A DNA stretch of 64,000 nucleotides from a virus (lineage: Duplodnaviria; Caudoviricetes): positions 22,051 through 86,050 of the IMG/VR virus record IMGVR_UViG_3300037312_001875. The stretch is one strand, 5' to 3'. The position numbers and the translations under genes are program-made. How positions within the stretch are numbered: the stretch's first letter is position 1; each line of letters opens with the position of its first letter. Positions 9,414-16,894 of the stretch are shown one piece after another. The notes under the pieces are model-generated. The model saw nothing but the letters and a program-made list of their open reading frames with translations, searched no databases and was not told the origin of the DNA.

Positions 9414-9541
9414 CTAAAGACAACTAGATAGCATAGTACGATTATACTACGTAATCGCGTCTTTTTGAATTGTCCCTTCGTTTTTATTTTCCTTTTGGCT
9501 ATAATAAAGCTATTCGCTTTTATTTGAAAGGAGAAATAAAA

Positions 9542-9913
9542 TTGTTACGGCTGTTTAAAGAAAAACGGTATCGTCCTCTAGGCATTCTCTTACTGTGCCT
9601 GTTTGCTTATTTGATTGTAGCTGCAGTTGGCATGATTTCCATTTTCACAGGGCAATACGGCACGATGAAACCGATTATGGAATGGTTCGGCATGATTGTA
9701 AATTTGTATTGCCTTGTTTTCTGCATTTTAAACTGGAGGATAGCTCACAAAGAATCCATCCAGAGAGAACAAGAATGGCAAAAGCGTTACAGTGAATTAG
9801 GAATCAAATATGAGCCGCAAATCGATTACCTGAAATCCCGCCGTCAGTACGGATGGATGTGGACGCTTGCGATTGCAGTCAATTTGTTTTGTTTTAGCAC
9901 TTACTTTTGGTAA
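9542..9913 (+). CDS. Small membrane protein (about 3 TM segments)
   Basis: AAAGGAG RBS before TTG at 9542; three hydrophobic stretches; terminator-like hairpin at 9909-9946. Confidence 0.6.
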   Translation: MLRLFKEKRYRPLGILLLCLFAYLIVAAVGMISIFTGQYGTMKPIMEWFGMIVNLYCLVFCILNWRIAHKESIQREQEWQKRYSELGIKYEPQIDYLKSRRQYGWMWTLAIAVNLFCFSTYFW

Positions 9914-9944
9914 GCAGTTAGCCTTATGGCTGGCTTACCATTTT

Positions 9945-11171
9945 TTATCCTATCTGTTCTAACATCTTATCTATTTCAGCTTTCTTTTCCTCAATTTTTT
10001 CTTTTTCCTCTATCAGTTTATTAACTGTTTCAAGATTTTGCGGAAAAGATTTGTTTGCAGGATGTTTACGCATTAAAGATTTCAGGCGCTCTTGCTGTCT
10101 TTTTAATTCAGATAACGTCAATTCCTCGAAATTCTTCGTTTCAGGGCTATCCTGTTTTATTTCTTCTTTATCAAACCAATCTGGAAGCAATTCAGTTCGT
10201 ATAGGTTTACCATTCCTCTTTTGCTTATCAGGAATATTGTTAAACTCTGTACGATTCCTCTTTAGCCAATTATTCATAACAGCTCCGAAGGTTTTAGGTC
10301 TTTCCGACATCTGATCCAATAAGCAAGCTAACACATAATCGTATTCAGACACCCAGTACGTTTCCTTAACGGCATTAAAATGTTTTTCAATGTCTGACAC
10401 ATTAATTTTATATTGAGTTAATCTATCTATCCTATCCAGCAATGTATCCTTCACTACATCATTTAAAGAAGAATTATTGATTGATAGATTAATAAAATTA
10501 TTTGATTCGTTATTAAAAGAATTTGAAACATTATTAGATATATTTGATACATTATTGGGTTTTGAATTTGAAACGGTGACCGTTTTATTTTTGAAACCCT
10601 CTACCGTTTTATTTTTGAAACCCTCTACCGTTTTATTTTTGAAACGGTACTTCTTATTAGACTTAACCAATTTAAGTTCTTTCTTTTTAGGTTCGACTGC
10701 ATCGACTTTGCGTGGTCTTCCCCCTGTTTTACCCAGCTCCTTAGAAACAGATTCATAATCTTGATCCCAATCCCTAAGTTTTTCTAATCCCTGGTATTTC
10801 CTGACGATTTCATGAAACGGATATTCATAAACAATGATATTTTTAGGCTTCGTTGTTTTCCGTTCGCTTTCCTCGTATTCTACAATGTCAATTAATCCAA
10901 ATTCCCATAAAGGCTTGATTAATCGATAGAATTTACTTTTCGATATCTCTAATGTCTTTTTATAAATATTTTCAAAGCTCCTCGGAACACGATCATATTC
11001 TCTATCTTCGTCGTTGCGATCCACCCAAGTGTGAAACTTTAACCAGAGACAGAATGTTTCGTAACCTAATTTTTCAATCCAGTCATCACAAACTATATAA
11101 GTCAAATGGGGTAAGCTTAATTCTTCCCTTTTTTTCTTCCCTTTACCTACTGGTGAATTCTTTTTGGGCAT
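9945..11171 (-). CDS. Replication initiator protein (phage/plasmid Rep, winged-HTH N-terminus)
   Basis: GGAGG RBS before ATG 11171 (MPKKNSP); HTH-like ISKSKFYRLIKPLWEFGLI; central iteron-encoded FKNKTVEG repeats and an Asn-rich tract typical of initiators carrying their own origin. Confidence 0.75.
   Translation of the reverse strand: MPKKNSPVGKGKKKREELSLPHLTYIVCDDWIEKLGYETFCLWLKFHTWVDRNDEDREYDRVPRSFENIYKKTLEISKSKFYRLIKPLWEFGLIDIVEYEESERKTTKPKNIIVYEYPFHEIVRKYQGLEKLRDWDQDYESVSKELGKTGGRPRKVDAVEPKKKELKLVKSNKKYRFKNKTVEGFKNKTVEGFKNKTVTVSNSKPNNVSNISNNVSNSFNNESNNFINLSINNSSLNDVVKDTLLDRIDRLTQYKINVSDIEKHFNAVKETYWVSEYDYVLACLLDQMSERPKTFGAVMNNWLKRNRTEFNNIPDKQKRNGKPIRTELLPDWFDKEEIKQDSPETKNFEELTLSELKRQQERLKSLMRKHPANKSFPQNLETVNKLIEEKEKIEEKKAEIDKMLEQIG
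10567..10648. repeat. Iterons inside rep (putative replication origin)
   Basis: 24-bp ACCGTTTTATTTTTGAAACCCTCT at 10579-10602 and 10603-10626, a partial third copy at 10627-10645, AAACGGT/ACCGTTT inverted ends, and an AT-rich stretch at about 10440-10560. Confidence 0.8.
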
Positions 11172-11232
11172 AATAAAAACCTCCGATTTCCACCCGCCCA
11201 AAAAAAGACAATAGGAAAATAGAGGTTTGTTC

Positions 11233-11261
11233 TTCACATTTTTAAAATCGTATGTTAAAAT
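11233..11261 (+). promoter_or_regulatory. SigA promoter TTCACA-17-TAAAAT with TG extension, firing antisense into the region upstream of rep
   Basis: TTCACA 11233-11238, TG 11253-11254, TAAAAT 11256-11261. Confidence 0.7.
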
Positions 11262-11267
11262 TGATTT

Positions 11268-11368
11268 AACATACATGAAGAAACAAACCCCGTCTCTGCA
11301 AGTTTTTTTCGAAATCGTGGCCTAGGAAACCTCATTCGAATAAAACTTTTATGGCGGGTTTTTTTTAT
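11268..11368 (+). ncRNA. Predicted ~100-nt antisense copy-control RNA
   Basis: Follows the promoter; forms a long hairpin (11301-11313 pairs with 11335-11347 at 12/13; 11285-11294 with 11353-11361) ending in a U-tract; no ORF. Confidence 0.55.
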
Positions 11369-11387
11369 TTTATTTACAATTACATAG

Positions 11388-11396
11388 TTATCCACA
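11388..11396 (+). promoter_or_regulatory. DnaA box
   Basis: Perfect TTATCCACA. Confidence 0.7.
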
Positions 11397-11485
11397 ATAC
11401 GACAATTACAGACAACGTTTTCTATTTTTATATTTGTCTGTCTATTTCTTAACTACTATTATACAAGCATAATATGAAATAATAA

Positions 11486-11501
11486 TAGGACTAGAATCCT
11501 A
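11486..11501. promoter_or_regulatory. TAGG-N8-CCTA operator upstream of rep
   Basis: TAGGACTAGAATCCTA; a minus-strand TATAAT lies at 11458-11463. Confidence 0.6.
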
Positions 11502-11587
11502 TCTTTTGAACAACCTTTCGACAAAGATGTGTCGAACATGTATGTAACACACAAAAAAGTCGTCCATTTGCATGCACGACAATACCG

Positions 11588-11627
11588 TTATCCACAGATA
11601 TAAATAACTAAATAAAAGTTATCCACA
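11588..11627 (+). promoter_or_regulatory. Two DnaA boxes (11588-11596, 11619-11627)
   Basis: Two perfect TTATCCACA copies in the same orientation. Confidence 0.7.
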
Positions 11628-11699
11628 TCTGGATATCAGCTCGTCGTTAAATCCATGTTACAACAATAAGAAAATATTGGCAAGACCTAAAAATAAACC

Positions 11700-11728
11700 T
11701 TGCACAAAATATGAAGCTCTGTTAGTCT
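11700..11728 (+). promoter_or_regulatory. SigA-like promoter TTGCAC-17-TAGTCT with TG extension
   Basis: TTGCAC 11700-11705, TG 11720-11721, TAGTCT 11723-11728. Confidence 0.5.
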
Positions 11729-11734
11729 AATCTT

Positions 11735-11820
11735 GTGCCGATGGCACATAAATTAATAATATATCTGTCTCGTCGTTGAGCAGGGAAAAACACCGGAGCC
11801 ATAGGCCCCGGTGTTTTTCT
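11735..11820 (+). ncRNA. Predicted ~85-nt small RNA
   Basis: Between the promoter and a strong terminator; three hairpins (GTGCC/GGCAC, CTGTCTC/GAGCAG, terminator); no ORF. Confidence 0.4.
11785..11819. terminator. Bidirectional terminator
   Basis: GAAAAACACCGG ... CCGGTGTTTTTC. Confidence 0.85.
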
Positions 11821-11822
11821 GT

Positions 11823-12323
11823 TTACAATTGTTTTACATCATTCTGGTGGGTAATGTAATTAAAGACTTCATCGTCAGTTGTTCCAATAAATCCATCAAG
11901 ATTGATGGGTTCTCCCTCTTTATCATACCGACAAACAATCCAGTTTTTATCTCCATCCCAATTGTAAGTCGCTAAGTACCATCCTTCATCCTTCGTGCTG
12001 ATCTCACAAGCAGAATTCATACCACCAGTTTGAGCCATAGCCGCATCGATTCCAGCTTCTTTAAAGCGAAGCATTAAATTATGTTCGGCTGCTACGCAAT
12101 CATCTACTTGAATCTTTTGACTGCAATCGTCACAGAGAGTAACTTGATAACCTTTTGCCAATTCTTTTTCAGTAGTGACTTTATTCCACTCTTCTTCGCT
12201 TAATGTCTCATCACAAAATTTACCTGTTTTATAATCATAACCTCTGTTTTTGAATGTTGGTCCATGGCATTCATAACAAACTACTTTTGCCCATGGAGTC
12301 CAAATACCTGGTTTAATGTTCAT
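11823..12323 (-). CDS. Hypothetical phage protein with two CxxC pairs (possible Zn-binding)
   Basis: CYEC and CDDC; RBS overlaps the stop of the upstream gene. Confidence 0.7.
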   Translation of the reverse strand: MNIKPGIWTPWAKVVCYECHGPTFKNRGYDYKTGKFCDETLSEEEWNKVTTEKELAKGYQVTLCDDCSQKIQVDDCVAAEHNLMLRFKEAGIDAAMAQTGGMNSACEISTKDEGWYLATYNWDGDKNWIVCRYDKEGEPINLDGFIGTTDDEVFNYITHQNDVKQL

Positions 12324-12329
12324 TTTCTA

Positions 12330-12938
12330 TTACCTCTTTGCTAGTGACTTTAATTTTTCTTCGGCTTCTTTTCGAGTAGGAAAAACTCTTGATAAGCTTG
12401 GTGCCTTTAATGTGAAATATTCACCTTTGGCATCATGACCTACAATATAAGCGTGGTAGTTTGTTTTTGTTCCTTTGCCGAAAACTACAGGAATAATTTC
12501 TCCGCTATTTACAAAGTAACCAGTATCTCCTTCGTACCATTCATCCATTCCTTTTAATTGTTTACCTTCGATGAAGTCATCGACTGGAGTTGAAGGATCT
12601 GCTTTTTGATAAAAACCAATAGTTCCTTGATAATTTCTGTGCCCTTGAACGACTGCGTGAATTGGGTACTTGTTTCCAGGTTTGTAAGCTGTAATGATTG
12701 CCTTTTCTCCTTTTTCGTTTAGGATTAGGCGACCAGGTTTAATATCCTCAGCTGAAAGAGCGGTTCCATTAACGATGGATGTACGATGTTTTGGGATTTC
12801 TACCTTCACCATCTTTTGAAATTCCTTTTTGGCTAACTCAACAAGTTCTTGATCCGAAATTCCCTTAACGACGGATAAATTAATGGTGACTGGATCTACG
12901 TGGAAAATGACTGATTTGTTTTCTTTTTTTGCTGGCAT
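12330..12938 (-). CDS. Hypothetical phage early protein
   Basis: 202 aa, AAAGGAG RBS, preceded by the repeated leader cassette. Confidence 0.7.
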   Translation of the reverse strand: MPAKKENKSVIFHVDPVTINLSVVKGISDQELVELAKKEFQKMVKVEIPKHRTSIVNGTALSAEDIKPGRLILNEKGEKAIITAYKPGNKYPIHAVVQGHRNYQGTIGFYQKADPSTPVDDFIEGKQLKGMDEWYEGDTGYFVNSGEIIPVVFGKGTKTNYHAYIVGHDAKGEYFTLKAPSLSRVFPTRKEAEEKLKSLAKR

Positions 12939-12954
12939 AATAAAACATCTCCTT

Positions 12955-13022
12955 TAATAATTATGAAAATAGAAAAAGAGACAATTTTCTAATCGTCTCC
13001 TTTGCTACTTTTCTTATAACAC
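12955..13022 (-). repeat. Early-gene leader cassette, copy 1
   Basis: Minus strand: GTGTTATAAGAA..AAAGGAGAC-loop-GTCTCTTT-TTCTATTTTCATAATTA-RBS. Confidence 0.8.
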
Positions 13023-13225
13023 TACGCCCTTTCGGGCGCATATTTTAGTTTTGGTCTGCCATCTGTATAGCTCATGCTTTCTACACGTCCTCCAATGGTT
13101 TCTAAATAAGTTACCAATTTATCTAAGAAATGAAGTAGAGTTTCTTGATTTTCGATTTTACCTTCGTGGGCCATTTCGCAATAAAGGTTATCTGCCTGTG
13201 TTGTTAATTCATCTAATAAATTCAT
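13022..13225 (-). CDS. Hypothetical phage protein
   Basis: 67 aa with AGGAGG RBS. Confidence 0.65.
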   Translation of the reverse strand: MNLLDELTTQADNLYCEMAHEGKIENQETLLHFLDKLVTYLETIGGRVESMSYTDGRPKLKYAPERA

Positions 13226-13280
13226 AATTACATCCTCCTATAATTTCATAATTACAAAACTAGAAAATTAATAAATTATG

Positions 13281-13481
13281 TCATCCGAATTTCTTCTGTA
13301 CCAAATAACGGCCATCTCCAAAATCCTTTTCTATTTCACAAGGGAGTACAATAATTTGTTTTCCTTTGAACTTATATTGTTCAGGATTATATCCAATGGC
13401 TGGGCGAACATCCATAAATGCATTTCGTTCTACTGGGGTGAATAATAATACTCCATTGTAATTTTTATCTGTGATTTTCAT
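13281..13481 (-). CDS. Hypothetical phage protein
   Basis: GGAGG RBS before ATG 13481 (MKITDKN). Confidence 0.65.
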   Translation of the reverse strand: MKITDKNYNGVLLFTPVERNAFMDVRPAIGYNPEQYKFKGKQIIVLPCEIEKDFGDGRYLVQKKFG

Positions 13482-13602
13482 AATAAGCAACCTCCATATC
13501 CATTATTGTTATCAATGACCGGGGGTCCGTGGAATAGGGAGTGCGTGCCATGATTTCGCACGCATCCCCATCACATACCGACAACAACACAAGTTCACTC
13601 AT
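13465..13602 (-). CDS. Small hypothetical protein (45 aa, absent from ORF track)
   Basis: MSELVLLSVCDGDACEIMARTPY...; AAGGGGAG RBS; overlaps both neighbours. Confidence 0.5.
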   Translation of the reverse strand: MSELVLLSVCDGDACEIMARTPYSTDPRSLITIMDMEVAYYENHR

Positions 13603-13768
13603 GTGATCTAGGCTCTCCCCTTAAATATCCTTTTGCTAGGGCAATGAGTAAATCAATTTCTTCTAATTTAATGCGACCACGCTTATAGTTGATTATGATT
13701 TTATCGAGTTCTGAGTTTAATTTTTCTCGAGCAATCTCCTGTTTAGTTTTAACAACTGTTTCGTTCAT
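13595..13768 (-). CDS. Small hypothetical protein (57 aa, absent from ORF track)
   Basis: MNETVVKTKQEIAREKLNSELDK...; AAGGAGG RBS; ATGA overlap with the upstream stop. Confidence 0.6.
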   Translation of the reverse strand: MNETVVKTKQEIAREKLNSELDKIIINYKRGRIKLEEIDLLIALAKGYLRGEPRSHE

Positions 13769-13971
13769 GCGTAAACCCTCCTTCTATTTTTGACTGGAAT
13801 CAATGATGCACGAATGGATTCTCGTACAGCTGATTCTTTTACAACACGGGGACCATCATAGTAATTACCGATAAATTGGCCATTCACATAACGGTAATGA
13901 CGGAATCCAGAATTCTTTCCGCTTTTCATTCCTTGAATGTAGCGATCGACGATATTATCTCTAATACTCAT
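13765..13971 (-). CDS. Hypothetical phage protein
   Basis: 68 aa, AAGGGAG RBS, preceded by a leader cassette variant. Confidence 0.6.
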   Translation of the reverse strand: MSIRDNIVDRYIQGMKSGKNSGFRHYRYVNGQFIGNYYDGPRVVKESAVRESIRASLIPVKNRRRVYA

Positions 13972-13993
13972 TTAAAGCACTCCCTTTGTAATT

Positions 13994-14042
13994 TTGTAAT
14001 TATGAAAATAGAAAAAGAGGTGATTATGCAATCTCCTCTTTG
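13994..14042 (-). repeat. Early-gene leader cassette, variant copy
   Basis: Different hairpin (AAAGAGGAGATT/AATCACCTCTTT) but the same TTTTCTATTTTCATAATTACAA tail. Confidence 0.7.
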
Positions 14043-15187
14043 TTTTCATGAAGTTTCTTTAATTGTTCTAAACGTTGCTGGCGTTCTTTCCAGAAAGTTT
14101 CATTACTTGCTTTGATTTCATCCATTTGTTGTTTCTCAAATTTACCTAATCGGGCATTGAAAGGTGGGTTCGTGGTCATAATGTCAAACCCAAGTTCTCG
14201 TGCTTGTGCAGCTACAATTTGTACCTTGAGGTCATATGGAAGCGAATCCCATGATTGAAACATATATTCGTCGTATTCAAAAATTTCACGCTTTCGAAGA
14301 TCATATGGACTCAGGAAAACTTCTATCCATTCGCTTCCATCATCGAAAATGTCTACAGGTGCTTTGTGTTCTCCAAGTAAAGAATTGCCCCAGTAAATAC
14401 GTGTATTGGTTTTAAACTCGAAGTATTTATTGATGGTTAAGGTTTCGGGATCTGCATGCAATCCAATAATAGGTCCTGGAACATACAACAATGAAGGCAT
14501 ATATAGAAAGGCTTGTATGCTTGCAACTTTGACCATTGTCAGACTCAGGTCAGCTCCCACTAAATTAAGTGAACGAGAGGGCAGAACCATTGCACCTGCC
14601 CCAATACAAGGTTCATATTGACTGGAAGTTCTGTCATCATTGTCTGCAAACACCATCATGTTTATGGCTTTGGTGATGTCTATAGGAGTTGGAAAGTAAT
14701 CTAAATGACCACTTTGGCCATGTTCCCCAATGAAATGGGAAAAGTAATCTGCCGGCTCCTTTATAAGAAGACGGATATCAAACGTTTCATATAGAATCTG
14801 CCAAAGACGGTCAGGTATTTTCGGTGCTTTGAACCAAGCAATACCTAAACCATATCCAATCCATTCAATGAATTCCCAAAGTCGGTGTCCTTGGGCATAA
14901 ACCCATTTCATGCAATTCTCTAACATTTTCTCCCCGATACCTCTTCGACTACGGTCCGTAGTTACAACTGTCTCTGGCATTTGATAAGGATCATCCATAT
15001 GTCTTCGGGCATTGATCAGCAGCCATTCATACCATCGTCCTTCAAATTCTGTATCGGCTTTTAAAGCAATTCCACGCATCCAGCCAAATCGTTTTGAGTC
15101 TTCAACGGATTGAGCTGGATCGATCCAAAGAGGATGTTTCTCTAACTCTGATAAACGATACTGAATTCTCTCAGGTAATTGATTCAT
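14024..15187 (-). CDS. Orphan N6-adenine DNA methyltransferase (N-6 methylase family)
   Basis: YFPTP, SAM-binding YEPCIGAGAM and catalytic motif TTNPPF. Confidence 0.75.
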   Translation of the reverse strand: MNQLPERIQYRLSELEKHPLWIDPAQSVEDSKRFGWMRGIALKADTEFEGRWYEWLLINARRHMDDPYQMPETVVTTDRSRRGIGEKMLENCMKWVYAQGHRLWEFIEWIGYGLGIAWFKAPKIPDRLWQILYETFDIRLLIKEPADYFSHFIGEHGQSGHLDYFPTPIDITKAINMMVFADNDDRTSSQYEPCIGAGAMVLPSRSLNLVGADLSLTMVKVASIQAFLYMPSLLYVPGPIIGLHADPETLTINKYFEFKTNTRIYWGNSLLGEHKAPVDIFDDGSEWIEVFLSPYDLRKREIFEYDEYMFQSWDSLPYDLKVQIVAAQARELGFDIMTTNPPFNARLGKFEKQQMDEIKASNETFWKERQQRLEQLKKLHENKEEIA

Positions 15188-15345
15188 TAGATTACCTCCC
15201 GGTCAATTTTATTTTCTAATTCAAATAACTTGATTGTGTACCACTCAACATCTTCGGGTTTCATCGTTCTTGCTGATTTAAGAATGGTTTCAATAAAAGC
15301 GATCATCCTTTTGATTGCTGTGTTTCTTTGATGTATATAATCCAT
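15187..15345 (-). CDS. Small hypothetical protein (52 aa, absent from ORF track)
   Basis: MDYIHQRNTAIKRMIAFIETILK...; AAAGGAG RBS; stop overlaps the methylase ATG. Confidence 0.6.
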   Translation of the reverse strand: MDYIHQRNTAIKRMIAFIETILKSARTMKPEDVEWYTIKLFELENKIDREVI

Positions 15346-15361
15346 TTCTAATTAACTCCTT

Positions 15362-15424
15362 TCATAAATATGAAATTAGAAAAATAACAAAAAATAAAAA
15401 GGCATAGTTTTATAACTATGCCTT
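15362..15424 (-). repeat. Early-gene leader cassette, variant copy
   Basis: Hairpin AAGGCATAGTT/AACTATGCCTT, then TTTTCTAATTTCATATTTATGA, then RBS. Confidence 0.65.
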
Positions 15425-15544
15425 AACTGCTGGTTGCTGAATTCCTTGAGATTCATGTTTCATAATAGTCTTACAGATTTGAATATACCGTTCTGCATTT
15501 TTCTTTCCCACCAATTTAATTAGTTCAGCTTTTCCATTTGTCAT
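15416..15544 (-). CDS. Small hypothetical protein (42 aa, absent from ORF track)
   Basis: MTNGKAELIKLVGKKNAERYIQICK...; AAAGGAG RBS after a leader cassette. Confidence 0.55.
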   Translation of the reverse strand: MTNGKAELIKLVGKKNAERYIQICKTIMKHESQGIQQPAVKA

Positions 15545-15560
15545 GTTGAACACGCTCCTT

Positions 15561-15633
15561 TTGTAATTATGAAAATAGTAAAAGAGACAATTATGTTAAC
15601 TTGTCTCTTTTATCTCCACTGTTCTTATAACAC
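15561..15633 (-). repeat. Early-gene leader cassette, copy 2
   Basis: GTGTTATAAGAA..AAAAGAGACAA-loop-TTGTCTCTTTT-ACTATTTTCATAATTACAA. Confidence 0.8.
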
Positions 15634-15709
15634 GTTTTTTTGATTTTTTGTAAAATTTTCAGACAACTGAAATCGTTTCCATTAGAATAAAAAAAAGGAG
15701 GTATCGGCT

Positions 15710-15811
15710 ATGAAACATTTAGAACTATCTGATCAAGAACCTCAAGAGGAAGAAAAAAGGGAGGAAGAGGATACTTTTGAATATGACTATAATAAGCGAA
15801 TATGGTTTTAA
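15710..15811 (+). CDS. Very acidic 33-aa peptide (absent from ORF track)
   Basis: AAAGGAGG RBS; MKHLELSDQEPQEEEKREEEDTFEYDYNKRIWF; followed by a terminator. Confidence 0.55.
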   Translation: MKHLELSDQEPQEEEKREEEDTFEYDYNKRIWF

Positions 15812-15814
15812 AAT

Positions 15815-15847
15815 AAAAAAAGGTATCCTGCGCAGGATACCTTTTTT
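15815..15847. terminator. Bidirectional terminator
   Basis: AAAAAAAGGTATCCTG-cg-CAGGATACCTTTTTT. Confidence 0.85.
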
Positions 15848-16082
15848 AACTTTCTTTAAACCCTATATCATCGATGGTGTTCAATAACTTTTTTCGGTCA
15901 TTTGGTCGCAAAGTATCAAGAACTTCCACTTCCTTGGCTGCCATGACTTTAATGGCTTCCATCATTTTTTGATGTGTTTTTGGTCCAATTCCAGGGATGC
16001 CATGAATAGCAGTTTCAACTAAATCCCAAGTGTCATTGCATCCTTTAATATACGAACGAAGTAACTTTTCTGACATCCCCAT
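15846..16082 (-). CDS. Hypothetical protein (HhH-like GIPGIGPKT motif)
   Basis: 78 aa downstream of the response regulator; IPGIGPKT resembles a helix-hairpin-helix. Confidence 0.55.
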   Translation of the reverse strand: MGMSEKLLRSYIKGCNDTWDLVETAIHGIPGIGPKTHQKMMEAIKVMAAKEVEVLDTLRPNDRKKLLNTIDDIGFKES

Positions 16083-16094
16083 TTGTAGATCCCC

Positions 16095-16763
16095 TTACTG
16101 TTTAATCGTTACCCAATTTTTTTTGATGGCCAAAAGGACTGCATTAGTGCGATCCTCTACTTTTATCTTTTGGAAAATACTGGTCATATGGTTTTTTACG
16201 GTTTTTTCGCTAATATGCAAATACTCTGCCATAGATCCGTTACTGTGCCCATCGGCTAACAACTGTAACACTTCGCATTCGCGTACAGTTAAAATTTCGA
16301 GTGGGGGATGTGCCTCTAAAGTATCAGCTTGGTTTTTTCCCACTAACGCATCGATGACAAACCCTGTTACCTCTGGGTGTAGATATTGATGTCCTTTAAC
16401 CACTTGTGTAATTGCTCCAATTAATTCAGGAGGAGTTGTTTCTTTTATGATATAACCAGATGCTCCGTTTTTTAATGAGTCGATCACATAAGATTTTTCT
16501 GCATGAACGGAAAGCATCACTACTTTTGTATTTGGATGAAGGGTAACGATTTCCTTGGTTGCTTCAATTCCGTCCATCTCAGGCATATTTACATCCATTA
16601 ACACGATGTCTGGCTTTAATGTATCGACAAGATTTAATGCTTCAATTCCATTTGTTGCAGAACCAACCACTTCAAAAGACGGTTCGTTGTCCAGTATACT
16701 TTTGACTCCTTCTCTAAAAAAAAGATGGTCGTCAACAAGGATGATCCTTGTAATTTTAATCAT
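16095..16763 (-). CDS. degU: DegU-like NarL/LuxR-family response regulator (orphan)
   Basis: DDHLFFREGVKSIL, phospho-acceptor DIVLMDVNMP, YLHPEVT, PLEILTVRECEVLQLLADGHSN, ISEKTVKNH closely follow B. subtilis DegU; no adjacent kinase. Confidence 0.8.
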   Translation of the reverse strand: MIKITRIILVDDHLFFREGVKSILDNEPSFEVVGSATNGIEALNLVDTLKPDIVLMDVNMPEMDGIEATKEIVTLHPNTKVVMLSVHAEKSYVIDSLKNGASGYIIKETTPPELIGAITQVVKGHQYLHPEVTGFVIDALVGKNQADTLEAHPPLEILTVRECEVLQLLADGHSNGSMAEYLHISEKTVKNHMTSIFQKIKVEDRTNAVLLAIKKNWVTIKQ

Positions 16764-16894
16764 GTTTTTTCACCCCGAAATGTAATGTCTCCTCACACTT
16801 ATTCTGTCTATGTTACTTTAGTCCTAAACAAATTGTAGCACCTAGCTCGTTCTTTTACAAGTCGTTTGAAAAAATGATACAATTATGTTTATGT

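Noticed and set aside
11507-11520. LexA/SOS box (TGAAC-AACC-TTTCG)
   Set aside because: Two mismatches to CGAAC-N4-GTTCG in an AT-rich region, and no second convincing copy was noticed.
11670-11760. c-di-GMP (GEMM) riboswitch
   Set aside because: Lacks the GCAAACC/GAAA/GCAAAGC core and has no downstream co-oriented gene.
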